Source: Myxococcota bacterium (lineage in GTDB: Bacteria; Myxococcota_A; UBA796; GCA-2862545). Taken from it: DNA of 64,000 bases. Position 1 is the first letter of the stretch. Every line of letters begins with the position of its first letter. The notes beneath the pieces are model-generated. The model ran no database searches, had not been told where the DNA came from, and saw only the letters and a program-made list of their open reading frames with translations. The position numbers were made by a program, and so were the translations under genes. Where the stretch lies: NCBI GenBank assembly GCA_039208735.1, contig JBCCQY010000027.1, positions 10,915 through 74,914 of the forward strand, given 5' to 3'. This document shows, in pieces, positions 19,964-30,312 of this stretch.

Positions 19964-21139
19964 GTGGCGAGACACGCAGTGGTGGTCGGAGAGGGCGTAG
20001 CAGCATGCGCTACGGTACTGACCCTCGAACGTACAGGGTTCGATGTCACACGGATGCGTTCGGTTCCCGAGTCCGACAGATCGACGATTTTAGGACCGCC
20101 CGATGATCTGTGGATTGCACTATGGAAGAATGGAGTGAGTTGTCTACGGGCACTCGGAATCACAGACTTTCCAGACTCCAACACTCCAAAGTTCGAACGT
20201 GCACAATTTCGAGAGCATCGAGGAGCTGATGTAGCCACCGTATCGCTCGATCCAGGTGCGTTCTTCGTCCAGCGGCGCGTTCTTCGGCAACGGATTGAAA
20301 AGGAACTCAGAGCGCACCCGCCTGAGTCGGAGCTATGGACCGCCTGCGACCAACCCAACAGCGTGCATATTCACGACATGAGTGGGGGAGTGAAGAGCTG
20401 CGATTTGCTGATCGGTGCAGACGGCATCCGTGGTCGCACACGCCAAATGCTCCATGGCAACGCGGGCATACGATCGGCGAATCAACAGGTCGTGTGCGGA
20501 TTCACATCACTGAACGAGCCCTCCCTTCGTGCTGCTGTCGATCGATTCATTCCTGGAGGGTTAGCGCTGTCCACGGCTGACGATGCCTCGTTGTTCGTCG
20601 GGCTGCGAGTCGCAGACGATAGGCTGTATTGGTACTGTGCAGGTCTCGCTTCATTGGGAACGTGGGACTCTGTACCCGAACTGACCGCAGTGCTCGCACG
20701 ACGATTCCGGTCGTTTCATGAGCCGATCCCTACCATCCTGGAGCACGGAACTCCGTCTCCACAAGGCCTTTTCGTGGAGGATCTTCGACCCGGAACACGG
20801 TTTACGCGCGGGCGAATCGCGCTGGTCGGAGATGCCGCGCATGCCATGACACCGGACCTTGGTCAAGGCTGCAACCAGAGCCTCGAAGACGCTGTGTCGC
20901 TTGGAAAGGCTCTTGGGAGGAAGACGAGCGTCCTTTCCGCGTTGCGGGACTTCGCGCACGAGCGGGAACCTCGCGCAGGGCTGATCACGGAAGTCTCCTA
21001 CCTGCTCTCTCAAGCCACGCTGCCTGGCTCGTCGCTGGGAGCCGTCGCACGGGATGGTCTAATGTGGTTGGGTCGACCCTTTCACGTTGCTTCCATGCGC
21101 TGGATCCTCGACGGAGGTCCGGCCCAGGCCGCAGGATGA
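19964..21139 (+). CDS. FAD-dependent monooxygenase
   Basis: GEGVAA, DLLIGADGIRG, LVGDAAHAMTPDLGQGCNQSLEDA. Confidence 0.9.
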   Translation: MARHAVVVGEGVAACATVLTLERTGFDVTRMRSVPESDRSTILGPPDDLWIALWKNGVSCLRALGITDFPDSNTPKFERAQFREHRGADVATVSLDPGAFFVQRRVLRQRIEKELRAHPPESELWTACDQPNSVHIHDMSGGVKSCDLLIGADGIRGRTRQMLHGNAGIRSANQQVVCGFTSLNEPSLRAAVDRFIPGGLALSTADDASLFVGLRVADDRLYWYCAGLASLGTWDSVPELTAVLARRFRSFHEPIPTILEHGTPSPQGLFVEDLRPGTRFTRGRIALVGDAAHAMTPDLGQGCNQSLEDAVSLGKALGRKTSVLSALRDFAHEREPRAGLITEVSYLLSQATLPGSSLGAVARDGLMWLGRPFHVASMRWILDGGPAQAAG

Positions 21140-24100
21140 CCGCAACCGCATCTCGATCCTTTCCGGAACGCTTCACCTGGAAGGAGGCGCTTGGAAGCGG
21201 CCAACTTGGCGAAGTCGATCTTGTTCATGACCACGACCTTGAAATTGACGTGGCCCTGAAGAACCTGCCGACTCCCGACCCAGGCCTCATCACATCGCTA
21301 AAGCACGAGTTCCGGCTTGCCAGTAGCCTGGAACATCGCAACCTGGTGCGTCTGTACGAACTATTGATCGACGATCATCATTGTGCATTCACAATGGAAC
21401 CGATCCATGGGGACCTCTTTACGATTGTCTTGAGCCAAGCACTGGAGGACGGAGACGACGAGCGTGTTCGATCGTTGGTGAGTCAACTCGTGGCTGGCGT
21501 GGCCCAACTCCATGACGCCCACATCATCCATCGCGACGTGAAACCGACAAACGTCCTCGTTGAACATCAATCGGATCGAGTGGTCGTACTGGACCTTGAT
21601 CTCGCCTGGTCAACCAGGCTCGGCATGCCGAGAAGCGCTAGTGGAACACCGCAATACATGGCGCCGGAGGCCCTGTGGGGCCGAGCCAACTATGAATCGG
21701 ATTGGTATGGGGTGGGAGCAACCCTCTGTGAAGCCGTCTGGGGCGCACCCCCTTCACAGGTGGTCCGTCATTCAGACGGGGTGCCCAGTTGGCTTGTTTC
21801 GGTCATCGACGAGTTGCTTTCGGAAAAGCCAGAAGATAGGCCCAATCGCTTTGAACTGCGCCAGAAACTTGGTCTCGATGCCCCATCCGCACCGCCCTAC
21901 GTTCCTCTGCTCGGGCGCAAGGCGGAATTGGCGAGATTCGACCAAGCCCTGGAGAACCTTCGGCGCGGATTGCCCGACGCACTGCTGGTGACGGGCCCAT
22001 CGGGAATGGGCAAATCTCGGTTGCTCGAGGAGTTTCTGCTTCGGGCACGCCCAGAATCAGATGTCCTCATTCTCACCGGCAACTGCCGAAATGCCGAAAC
22101 GCTTCCATTTAAGGCGATCGACCCATTGGTGGCGTCACTGACCGACCACATCGACCGTCGGCGAAGGGAAGATGCCGCGTGGTGGGACCCACCTGAGGAG
22201 TGGTGGCCCGCAACCTATTTGTTTCCTGAGCTGGTCCAGGTCCTGTCCCCACCCCCACCAAGTGGCGTGGTTCATCTGCCGGAAGCCCGACGCCGGCTGG
22301 CCATCGTGGCATTGCGAGGCCTCTTAGGGTGGTTGGCCCAGCAGTCGAGGCTGGTTTGGATGCTTGATGACGCTCAATGGGGAGACGAGGCCAGTGCTGG
22401 GCTTCTGCGCCAGCTCGTGACTGAACCCACGCCACTTCCAGTGTTGATGGTGGTCGCTGCCCGGACCGAACCTTCATTAGGCCCCTTTGTTGAGGCGTGG
22501 CGCCTGTCCACCCAGCCCGATGTGGTCCAAATGCAGCGATTGCTGACAGCGGACATTGAAGAACTCCTGGGTGAAACTATCGATCCTTCGATGGTCAAAC
22601 AGGTTGCGGAACAGTGTGATGGCAATCCGTTCCTGCTCCAAGAAGCTGTTCGAAATGCCACGCTCGGCCGAACTCTCAACATCCACGATGTGGAAGGGGA
22701 GCGTCTCCGTGGGTTGAGTCCCATCGAACGGGATCTCGCTACGTTACTGGCTCTTGCCAAAGGCCCCGTCCCTCGTGCCGCCGTCCTGCAAGCCATCGGA
22801 GCCAGCGCTGACGCTTTTTCGGCGATTCTGAGCCTTGAGAGACTAGGGCTACTCCACGTCGTTGCAGGTGACCGTACCTTGGCGACCGGGCACGCGCGGT
22901 ACCGTGAACGACTTCTTTCGGAGGTTGATGACCGGACACGACGTTCGGGACACGGACGGCTGGCCGATGCACTGGCTCGCTTTCGAGGGTTGTTGGGTCC
23001 TGCTCGATTGCTACCTCATCTCATCGGAGCGGAACGTTTTGGAGAGGTTTGCCAAGTCGCGCTTGAAGCTGCGGCGACTGCTCAGGGTACCTCGAGATTT
23101 GAGGAAGAGGCTGCCTATCTCGAAATGGCCATTGAATATGGTCCGGTCTCCGACCGCTGGTCATTGATGGAGCGCCAGGGGGACGCTTGGCGCGCGGCGG
23201 GACTCGGACCAAAGGCAAGCCAGGCATACCTAGAGGCCCTTGCAGCGTCGGATCAACGTGGAAGCCTGGCGCAGCGCCGGCGGCTCTTGGTCAAAGCGGG
23301 TCAGGAACTCATCCGTCATGGAGAACAGGCCCGCGGCACAGAACTTCTCCGTACTGCGTTGCGTGAACTGGGCGTACGAGCCCCTCGCACGGCCAACGCA
23401 GCTTTGATGATGGGAGTGTTTACCCGCCTGCCCGTGTACCTGTGGGGGCTCATCAGAGCGCCGCATCGCGAGGACAAGCAACTTCCCGCGCGGGTCGAAG
23501 AACGGCTCAACGCACTATGGATGGCGACCAACGCCCTTTCTCAGGCCGATGTGACCCTAAGCTTCGCGCTGTCTGGGCGCTATCTGGCTGAAGCGGTTCG
23601 TTGTCGTGCTCCCAAGCACATGCATGCGGCACTCGGCACGGAGGCAGCCATCCACGCGTCCATCGGCAACGCGGCCTCGACGCAACGTGTCGACGAACTG
23701 TTGACTCACATCACTTCGCTGGCCGATGCCACGGATGAAGAGTGGCGCATCGGCACCCCTGCGTTCATTGGCGTAGCCGCCTGGCATCTGGGGCGTTGGG
23801 CTGAAGCGGAGGCGGCGAGCATTCAAGCGACCAATGCCTTTCGGCGTTCCCCGATTGGTCATGCGTGGGAATTGGCCACGATGCAGCACTACGCTTTCTC
23901 CGCCCGGTTCTTCCGCGGCGACATTGAAGGTTTGCAGGACGCGGTTGATGAGGCACGCGAAGCGGCGATTGATCGGGGTGATCGCCATGCGGCATCGGCG
24001 CTCGCGCTTGGAGAGCCGGGCCTGGTGCGGCTGCTCGAGGGACGGCCGGAAGAAGCGCACCGGGCACTCAAGGAGGCGGATCAGGCTGGTTTTGTAGCGG

Positions 24101-24522
24101 GTCCTGACTTGACGACCTATTACTACACTGTCCTAGAGGGGCATCTCGCCTTGTTCGAAGGGCGTTTCCACGACGCTAGGCGAGTCCTTGAGGAACGTTG
24201 GCCTCTGTTTCGCCAGGGCCGCGTCTTGGATGTCCAGAACGCCAGGGCGTGGCTCACGTACCTCAAGGGCATCGCCATTGCGCGAACCAGTGAACGACAA
24301 CAGGGAGCCTCCAGGTTGCGCGCCTGTGTCCGCACCTTGAAGGCATGCACCACCCGCCCCGCTGCGGGGATGGCCTCCGCCCTCGAAGCGAGACGGGCAA
24401 AACTTCTCGGCCGCCCCACTGAGGCGGCAGAGGCTCAAGCTCGTGCAGACGAGCAGCTGGCCAAGGCCGACACCTGGATTCTGCGTAGCACGTCCGAAGG
24501 GGCAAGCTGGCTTCGTCTATAG
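21136..24522 (+). CDS. Ser/Thr protein kinase fused to AAA/STAND ATPase and TPR-like helical region
   Basis: GSGQLGEV, VALK, HRDVKPTN, GTPQYMAPE; Walker A GPSGMGKS; LDDAQWGD; ATGA overlap with monooxygenase. Confidence 0.9.
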   Translation: MTATASRSFPERFTWKEALGSGQLGEVDLVHDHDLEIDVALKNLPTPDPGLITSLKHEFRLASSLEHRNLVRLYELLIDDHHCAFTMEPIHGDLFTIVLSQALEDGDDERVRSLVSQLVAGVAQLHDAHIIHRDVKPTNVLVEHQSDRVVVLDLDLAWSTRLGMPRSASGTPQYMAPEALWGRANYESDWYGVGATLCEAVWGAPPSQVVRHSDGVPSWLVSVIDELLSEKPEDRPNRFELRQKLGLDAPSAPPYVPLLGRKAELARFDQALENLRRGLPDALLVTGPSGMGKSRLLEEFLLRARPESDVLILTGNCRNAETLPFKAIDPLVASLTDHIDRRRREDAAWWDPPEEWWPATYLFPELVQVLSPPPPSGVVHLPEARRRLAIVALRGLLGWLAQQSRLVWMLDDAQWGDEASAGLLRQLVTEPTPLPVLMVVAARTEPSLGPFVEAWRLSTQPDVVQMQRLLTADIEELLGETIDPSMVKQVAEQCDGNPFLLQEAVRNATLGRTLNIHDVEGERLRGLSPIERDLATLLALAKGPVPRAAVLQAIGASADAFSAILSLERLGLLHVVAGDRTLATGHARYRERLLSEVDDRTRRSGHGRLADALARFRGLLGPARLLPHLIGAERFGEVCQVALEAAATAQGTSRFEEEAAYLEMAIEYGPVSDRWSLMERQGDAWRAAGLGPKASQAYLEALAASDQRGSLAQRRRLLVKAGQELIRHGEQARGTELLRTALRELGVRAPRTANAALMMGVFTRLPVYLWGLIRAPHREDKQLPARVEERLNALWMATNALSQADVTLSFALSGRYLAEAVRCRAPKHMHAALGTEAAIHASIGNAASTQRVDELLTHITSLADATDEEWRIGTPAFIGVAAWHLGRWAEAEAASIQATNAFRRSPIGHAWELATMQHYAFSARFFRGDIEGLQDAVDEAREAAIDRGDRHAASALALGEPGLVRLLEGRPEEAHRALKEADQAGFVAGPDLTTYYYTVLEGHLALFEGRFHDARRVLEERWPLFRQGRVLDVQNARAWLTYLKGIAIARTSERQQGASRLRACVRTLKACTTRPAAGMASALEARRAKLLGRPTEAAEAQARADEQLAKADTWILRSTSEGASWLRL

Positions 24523-24942
24523 AAGAGTGAGATTGTCTCGATCCCTACCCGCGAATGGCTTCCCAAAAGCCTTCGCCGAAATCGGGCTCTTACCGATGCG
24601 TTCCCCAATCTGCTGGGTTGCCCACAACGACTGTAGGATTTCGGCCGATTTGTCAGGATCGTCGATCCGTGCGGCAACCTTACTTTTTGAGCGCAATTCT
24701 TGCCACAGTCGTTGGAGCCGTGCAGGTCCGTCCTGCAGCACACATGGGGGGCCATTCTCGCCGCAGGTACATCCTCCTCCTCCGGCACCTGTGCAAGAAT
24801 GTGCACCTGAGGCGTGCTCGATGCCGTTGCATACCGTGAAGTCACAATCATCTACGAGCGTCGTTTCTAGAACGATGAATCGGATGTTTCCCTGCCAGAT
24901 TGCGAGAGAATTGGTGGAGTCATCAATCTCAATCTCTATCAA
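24517..24942 (-). CDS. small Cys-rich hypothetical protein
   Basis: TTGA start/stop overlap with the oxidoreductase; six Cys in CDFTVC...SCTGAGGGGCTCGENGPPC. Confidence 0.55.
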   Translation of the reverse strand: MIEIEIDDSTNSLAIWQGNIRFIVLETTLVDDCDFTVCNGIEHASGAHSCTGAGGGGCTCGENGPPCVLQDGPARLQRLWQELRSKSKVAARIDDPDKSAEILQSLWATQQIGERIGKSPISAKAFGKPFAGRDRDNLTLL

Positions 24943-27581
24943 CGATCTTCCCTCCGGTTGAGCAGGACCGCCAGGTGATTGACCAGGGCCGTCCCAATGC
25001 CCGAAAAGGACTGAGCGTAGCTCCTGATGGCCTCACCGAGGGAGTCCGGCTTATTGGACCCGAACACACTAGATTCAATCTTGAGAATATCGACGAGGTG
25101 GGGAAGCCCGCGAGCGGTTAGCTCACGATCCAGCCGCCGCATAAACTCTAGGTCGTCAAGCTCACGCTCGTCGACATCATACAGTGAACAAGGTGTGAAC
25201 AGCATCTCGTTCGTGACCTTCATGCGAGCATTCAACAGCGCATTTGTCGCGCGTCGGGCAGACTCGTTTGCAGCTTCCATCGTTGGGATTCGTGTACTCG
25301 TAGGAAGCCATGTCCCACAAAAGACCACGGTATCTCCAAACCACGCTCGGTAGCATGCTGTTTCATACTTGCGCCAAAGCGCAGCGAGCTCAACCGTATT
25401 TACCAGGTAGGGGCTCGAATTCTTAATGACCTGACGCGGACTCGACAGGGTAGGCTCTCCAAAGTGGATGGCCTGATCGATGAAGAAATCGGGCGGCGTC
25501 TCGGGAAGATCGGCCCCCGCAGATGACAAACCCCTGCTAAGCTGTTGCCAGACCTCCTCTGCAAGCTGTTGTTCATCGCACTTCCAGGCAACTTTTCCGG
25601 TTCGGGACTCTACGTTCCAAGCCCCAATGATCACAGAAATGGCACCCCGATAGCCGAACTCTCGGCTGCGTCGTCGACCTCGGAACTGTCCCTGGGAAAT
25701 CGAAGACAGACGCCACTCGGAGTCGGGGTAGTAGATGTGACCATCCAGAATTTCGTAGTCACGATGCATGAAAAACTGGATGCCTGCGAAATGTCGGTAC
25801 GGAAGTTTTTCAGGCGGAGCCATTTCAGTCGTGACCGCCTGCTCATAGGTCTTGACATCCTCCAACGTGACTTGGTCCCAGGTGGTCTCCCGTTGTTCGA
25901 TGTGTTGCAAACCGCTCGCAACCAAATCCAGTGCCAACGCAATGGGCGAAGCCGCAAGCTCATCCCGAATGGGTTGCTGGAGGTCTTTGTGGAGGCTCTC
26001 GTCGATGGAGTCCCGAAGCCCGACGCCTAGCCGGGCAACGGTTAAGGGGGGCAATGCCAACGCGATGTACCGCCTTTGAGAGGGCGTACGGTCAGCAAAG
26101 GGAATGTTTCTTTTGTGTTTTGAGCCGTAGTCAAGTTGAATCGCAGGATTACCCTGCTCGGAGGTCACGAAGCGAAGCGAATCGAGGTTGCGGCGGAAAG
26201 CCGTTACAACGTATTCTTCGCGAAGGAAGTCAATCCAAGGGTCGAGCCAGGCCTCGGTGGTGGGACCGTTGAGCGTACCGTCGATGACGGGCTCTTTTCG
26301 GATGTGAGACAGTAACAACTGCATGGTGATGGAGCCGAAGGTTCGAGCATCCGCTAGATCGGCGCGCAGCCCAACGAGGGCTTGTGGCCAGTGCACTAGG
26401 GCATTGCGGTAGGCTGGTCCGGCGGACTCACCTCTCGAAAATGTGAACCAGGTGGTGCGCTCGTATTGTTCCCGCCGAGCTGGACAGCTGGTGAGGTACC
26501 GAAAGGTGGCGAGTTGGCCTCGTTGAGCGTCCTCGTTGGTAATGCCAAGTTCGTGCTGAATGGCATCCGCGAACCGAGAGAATTCCGCCCAAGACTGCTT
26601 CAGCGTCCGTGGTAATACGACAGGCCGGTGGCCAGACTCGGAGGCAAAGGCGTGCTGATCCACTGAGATCAGGTTGTCGAACACACTATGCAGAGATGGT
26701 TCAAACTGTCCTGGGTCCCAAAAATCCCCCGGAAAAGCACTCTGCAACGCACGATTGATGGAAGGCTGGAACGGTCGACCTGGGATGAACGTGCGACGCA
26801 TGGTGTCAAACAGGTGTTTGTAGAACCCTGGAAAGAATCGGTAGCCGTGTTCGCCAGGAACGAGTTCCTCATGCAGAGCGATGACGACGCACGGCTGAAC
26901 CTTGCTTGGATCGGGTTTGAAGAGCCGACTCAGTTCGTCTTCACGACGATAATCTGTCGCCTGCAACACCTCCTCTGCAGAGCCGAGCCTACCGCTGCGT
27001 ACAACCAAGGGAAAGGGGGGCCGAGGTCCCGTGACGTCCTTTCCCCGTTGGAGGAGGTCCTGAAGCTCGTTCTTGACTTTCTCGGCATTTCGTTCGGCAT
27101 CCTGGGCGTTGCTCGCGATCCCACCCACAAAAACCAGGCTTGCCCAACCCTTGGGAATGTCTGCTTCAGCTGCCCAATCGAGGATTCGCGTGGCGATGCC
27201 ACGCAGTTGCTGGGTTCGGTCCTTGTCGGACATCACGAGGCGAGGCCAGCGACCTGCACGCCGCTTCTTTGTCTCGGTCTTCACGTCGGCCCACAAGTCC
27301 GTCGGGGGCCGGAGATGTCGCGGTCGATTGTCTACCCGAAGAGCCGTCTGGTGAAACCAGCCGATCTCCGGTAACATTTTGCTGAAGATCGGTGCTGCGC
27401 CGTACTGGTTTGCGGCAAGACCACCGAGCCTCGGATCCGAGAGCGTCCGGCTATCGACAGCGGCTTCAAACAGCCCGATGCTAAATCCGCGTTGAGCAAG
27501 TTCATGGGCGGCTGTCATGCCGGCTACACCTGCACCCACAATGTTCACAACGCCGGGCTTAAGGTCGGTTTCGTTGATCAT
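24939..27581 (-). CDS. FAD-dependent oxidoreductase (HpnE/carotenoid desaturase-like, amine oxidase fold) with large insertion
   Basis: GAGVAGMTAAHELAQRGF...E...LGG; PGEHGYRFFPGFYKHLFDTMRR; LNGPTTEAWLDPW; GIQFF; TMEAANESARRA; AGGAG RBS before ATG 27581. Confidence 0.85.
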   Translation of the reverse strand: MINETDLKPGVVNIVGAGVAGMTAAHELAQRGFSIGLFEAAVDSRTLSDPRLGGLAANQYGAAPIFSKMLPEIGWFHQTALRVDNRPRHLRPPTDLWADVKTETKKRRAGRWPRLVMSDKDRTQQLRGIATRILDWAAEADIPKGWASLVFVGGIASNAQDAERNAEKVKNELQDLLQRGKDVTGPRPPFPLVVRSGRLGSAEEVLQATDYRREDELSRLFKPDPSKVQPCVVIALHEELVPGEHGYRFFPGFYKHLFDTMRRTFIPGRPFQPSINRALQSAFPGDFWDPGQFEPSLHSVFDNLISVDQHAFASESGHRPVVLPRTLKQSWAEFSRFADAIQHELGITNEDAQRGQLATFRYLTSCPARREQYERTTWFTFSRGESAGPAYRNALVHWPQALVGLRADLADARTFGSITMQLLLSHIRKEPVIDGTLNGPTTEAWLDPWIDFLREEYVVTAFRRNLDSLRFVTSEQGNPAIQLDYGSKHKRNIPFADRTPSQRRYIALALPPLTVARLGVGLRDSIDESLHKDLQQPIRDELAASPIALALDLVASGLQHIEQRETTWDQVTLEDVKTYEQAVTTEMAPPEKLPYRHFAGIQFFMHRDYEILDGHIYYPDSEWRLSSISQGQFRGRRRSREFGYRGAISVIIGAWNVESRTGKVAWKCDEQQLAEEVWQQLSRGLSSAGADLPETPPDFFIDQAIHFGEPTLSSPRQVIKNSSPYLVNTVELAALWRKYETACYRAWFGDTVVFCGTWLPTSTRIPTMEAANESARRATNALLNARMKVTNEMLFTPCSLYDVDERELDDLEFMRRLDRELTARGLPHLVDILKIESSVFGSNKPDSLGEAIRSYAQSFSGIGTALVNHLAVLLNRREDR

Positions 27582-27984
27582 CGGTAGTCTCCTGACAGTA
27601 CTCACGAAAGCCCTGCAGGAGCGCGGGGGCTTCTGGGGAACGAATGCAGGCATTCAGGAACACGCCAAGGGCTGACTCCAGAGCCAGGAGGTCCTGGAGC
27701 GTGCCGACGAACTCCAACTCTCCCGAGCCCAAAGCGGCCAGCAGCGTAGTGTCGTGATCCAAAAGGCGAAGCAGCGCACCCGGCGACGTGCGCACGGTCA
27801 CGGGGGATGACCTTGCAGGGGCTGTTCTTAGCTGGGCGTCGGTTGCGCTGAGACAGAAGCGCTCGTCAGAGCATTCGACGAGCACGCGGACGCTCGCGAT
27901 CAAGGTCACCACCTGCGCATACAAAGCCGGGTGGCGGCGATGCACCATCGAGACGGCAGGTTCGACGAATCGACTCCGGAACAC
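27559..27984 (-). CDS. SCP2 sterol/lipid-binding domain protein
   Basis: VTVRTSPGALLRLLD...LLAALGSGELEFVG pattern typical of SCP2. Confidence 0.7.
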   Translation of the reverse strand: MFRSRFVEPAVSMVHRRHPALYAQVVTLIASVRVLVECSDERFCLSATDAQLRTAPARSSPVTVRTSPGALLRLLDHDTTLLAALGSGELEFVGTLQDLLALESALGVFLNACIRSPEAPALLQGFREYCQETTDDQRNRP

Positions 27985-27985
27985 A

Positions 27986-29023
27986 TCACGCTCCCAGGAA
28001 TTCGAAAACGGTGTTGCACGTCAGTTCGATGGGCCCGTCGGCCGTCTTGCCCTGCACATGACAAGAACCTGAAACCTCGTTGATGATCGTCACCCCGAGG
28101 TCGTCGTCGTTCGGAATGATCACCTGCGCAACGGCGCGGCTTTCGAATGTGACGTAAACGGAGGCTGTGGCGTGGTGTGCCTCAATGATGACCCGGGCCG
28201 GGATATCCGTCGCCGATCCTTGAGAGAGAAGGGCCATGACTGGCGGCAGCTTGTGAACGTACGAAGGGCGAAGTAATCCTTCGTGTCGAATCGTAATCTC
28301 GGTGTCGCGAAAGGCCTCGGCAGGTCGAGCACCATGCCAAAGGAACGCGGTCTGCATCAGGATTCGAGTAAGGGAGCGGTCGTTGAGTCTGGCGAATACG
28401 AAGGACCATGGATTGTGGGGCTCCGCGGGAATCGCAAACCCCCATTCCCATGCGAAGTCACGGCCCCACCTAAAGTGACCCCAGTTGTGGTCATGATAGG
28501 CTGGAGTTCGGTCGAGTCGCAGTCGCCGTTCCCCCACGCTGACTTCGCCCGTTGCATGGAGTCGAGGCACCACCACCCAGTGGATCGGTGGGCTATCTCC
28601 AACCACCACGTTGTAGACGGGCACCGGCAAGGCCATAGGGGAAAGCGACACGTCGAGACGAATCTCTGGGGTGCTGTGGGTTTGTGCCCACAAGCGGTAT
28701 CGACCGTTCTCAAAACGCAATCCACTGGGCCCGAAATCTGCTTCGATGGTTCCACCTCGCACGCCGATGGCTCCGGCGGGAAACGTGTCGATCGCACCGT
28801 GCCAGCGGTCATTCATCTGAACCATCAAAGTTTGACGGACGTCTGTGTCACTCCCCGATGGATGGTCCACCTCGCTGAAGTTCACCAGCAGATCAAGACC
28901 GCCCGCATAGATGCAAAAGTGCATCCACTCCTTGAATCCAGGCTCAAAGCCAATTCTGGACGGCGGCCGACGAAACCAGTCGGTTCGTTCAATGGCTCTC
29001 GCCAACTCGGCTCTCCCGATCAT
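27986..29023 (-). CDS. CrtC/AttH-like (carotenoid hydratase / tocopherol cyclase fold) protein
   Basis: FKEWMHF, HWVVVPRL, AYHDHNWG, WEWG motifs. Confidence 0.7.
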   Translation of the reverse strand: MIGRAELARAIERTDWFRRPPSRIGFEPGFKEWMHFCIYAGGLDLLVNFSEVDHPSGSDTDVRQTLMVQMNDRWHGAIDTFPAGAIGVRGGTIEADFGPSGLRFENGRYRLWAQTHSTPEIRLDVSLSPMALPVPVYNVVVGDSPPIHWVVVPRLHATGEVSVGERRLRLDRTPAYHDHNWGHFRWGRDFAWEWGFAIPAEPHNPWSFVFARLNDRSLTRILMQTAFLWHGARPAEAFRDTEITIRHEGLLRPSYVHKLPPVMALLSQGSATDIPARVIIEAHHATASVYVTFESRAVAQVIIPNDDDLGVTIINEVSGSCHVQGKTADGPIELTCNTVFEFLGA

Positions 29024-29298
29024 CGAAGCAAGTCGTTTAGGAAATGGCCATGAGCTTGCTCAATTGGCTCCTGTGTTCGCGGCGGTGCCACACGTTCCAG
29101 GGACTCAGCGAGCGCAATCAAGCCAAGGACAGCCAACGTGACCGACGACGGTTCTCCATCGGGGATATCGCCTGTTGAAGGCGGAGCAAGCTCACCGAGC
29201 CAACGGTGCAGACGCTCGGTGCCAGACAACATGCCGAGCACCGCTTGCAGCAAAAGATTCTGATCAGAATAGCGGTTGGGCCGCCGGTCCAGGATCAT
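29020..29298 (-). CDS. small hypothetical protein
   Basis: ATGA overlaps on both sides within the operon. Confidence 0.65.
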   Translation of the reverse strand: MILDRRPNRYSDQNLLLQAVLGMLSGTERLHRWLGELAPPSTGDIPDGEPSSVTLAVLGLIALAESLERVAPPRTQEPIEQAHGHFLNDLLR

Positions 29299-29681
29299 TG
29301 CGGCACACCCTTGATGCCGTCTTCCAACACTTCTTGAACTCGATCCGCAACCGAGGGATCCGTGGCTGCTCGTACGATGGCTTCGACGATGGCAGTGGGC
29401 AAAACAACCTGATCATCATCGTCGAACGTTCGCAACGGGAGACCATCCCAGATGACGCGGACCCGTTCTACGAGTTCAGAGCCCTCGAGGCGGGCCAGCC
29501 ACTCGGCACCGGAGTCTGTCCGGCTGAATCGACGTCCCTCCTGGACAAGTGATGCAAACAGTGCCTGTGCCGCCACGGGATGTCCAAGCACCGACCGTCT
29601 CAACGCCCGCAATGCCTCGGTGACCTCGTCAACGGCATTGTAATGGAACACCACACAGCCTGGCGCGTGGTCGTCGCTCAT
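29295..29681 (-). CDS. hypothetical helical protein
   Basis: ATGA overlaps; HPVAAQALFASLVQEGRRFSRT...W. Confidence 0.7.
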   Translation of the reverse strand: MSDDHAPGCVVFHYNAVDEVTEALRALRRSVLGHPVAAQALFASLVQEGRRFSRTDSGAEWLARLEGSELVERVRVIWDGLPLRTFDDDDQVVLPTAIVEAIVRAATDPSVADRVQEVLEDGIKGVPQ

Positions 29682-30304
29682 GTGGACTCCTGACCGTAAA
29701 GCACAACGGGAATAGGTGCCAAGTCGCTGCCAACCTCTAGTGCGGCAAATCCCCGTAGGGTTTCCTTGGGTGTGACATCACCGAAGGCCAGCGTGACGAC
29801 CACCGTGATGGTTTCTCCCGGACGGAGATGGATGGTGGCAGGGCTGAACGAGGTCTGCCACGTCTGTTTGCCCAGCTGGATCGTGGTCGGGAACCGAGCT
29901 GACAGCCACTGCCCCAGCCGGTTCTCAATGAGAAGTTCGCCTTTGGCTTCGTCAGACGATGCTCTGCGCAGTTCGAGTGGCCGATCAACTCGGTGGGGCG
30001 CGGAGCGTTGGGTTGAAGTCGCGCCCGATGTCCCTTCGAGCCAGCCGATGAGGACCCGGTGGGCGCGCGTCTGGAGTTGGAGGACCTCTCGTAAGGTTCG
30101 GACCGCCAAATCTACCGAATCGTAAGCAATGCCATGCGGGGAATCCTGATTGTGCGAGGAATCCGGACGTTCGCTTAAGGAGTCAAAGCGGACTTTGGCC
30201 TCGAGAGCATCCGCGAGGCCACGAACCAGTTCGTCCTCTCGTTCATGGCGTGCTCGAGCCTCCGCTCGGCCCGCCGATTTGATGTCGTCGTCCCGTTCGC
30301 CCAT
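29678..30304 (-). CDS. hypothetical protein with C-terminal Ig-like beta domain
   Basis: GAGG RBS; C-terminal IENR...FSPATIHLRPGETITVVVTL. Confidence 0.65.
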   Translation of the reverse strand: MGERDDDIKSAGRAEARARHEREDELVRGLADALEAKVRFDSLSERPDSSHNQDSPHGIAYDSVDLAVRTLREVLQLQTRAHRVLIGWLEGTSGATSTQRSAPHRVDRPLELRRASSDEAKGELLIENRLGQWLSARFPTTIQLGKQTWQTSFSPATIHLRPGETITVVVTLAFGDVTPKETLRGFAALEVGSDLAPIPVVLYGQEST

Positions 30305-30312
30305 GCGCTACC

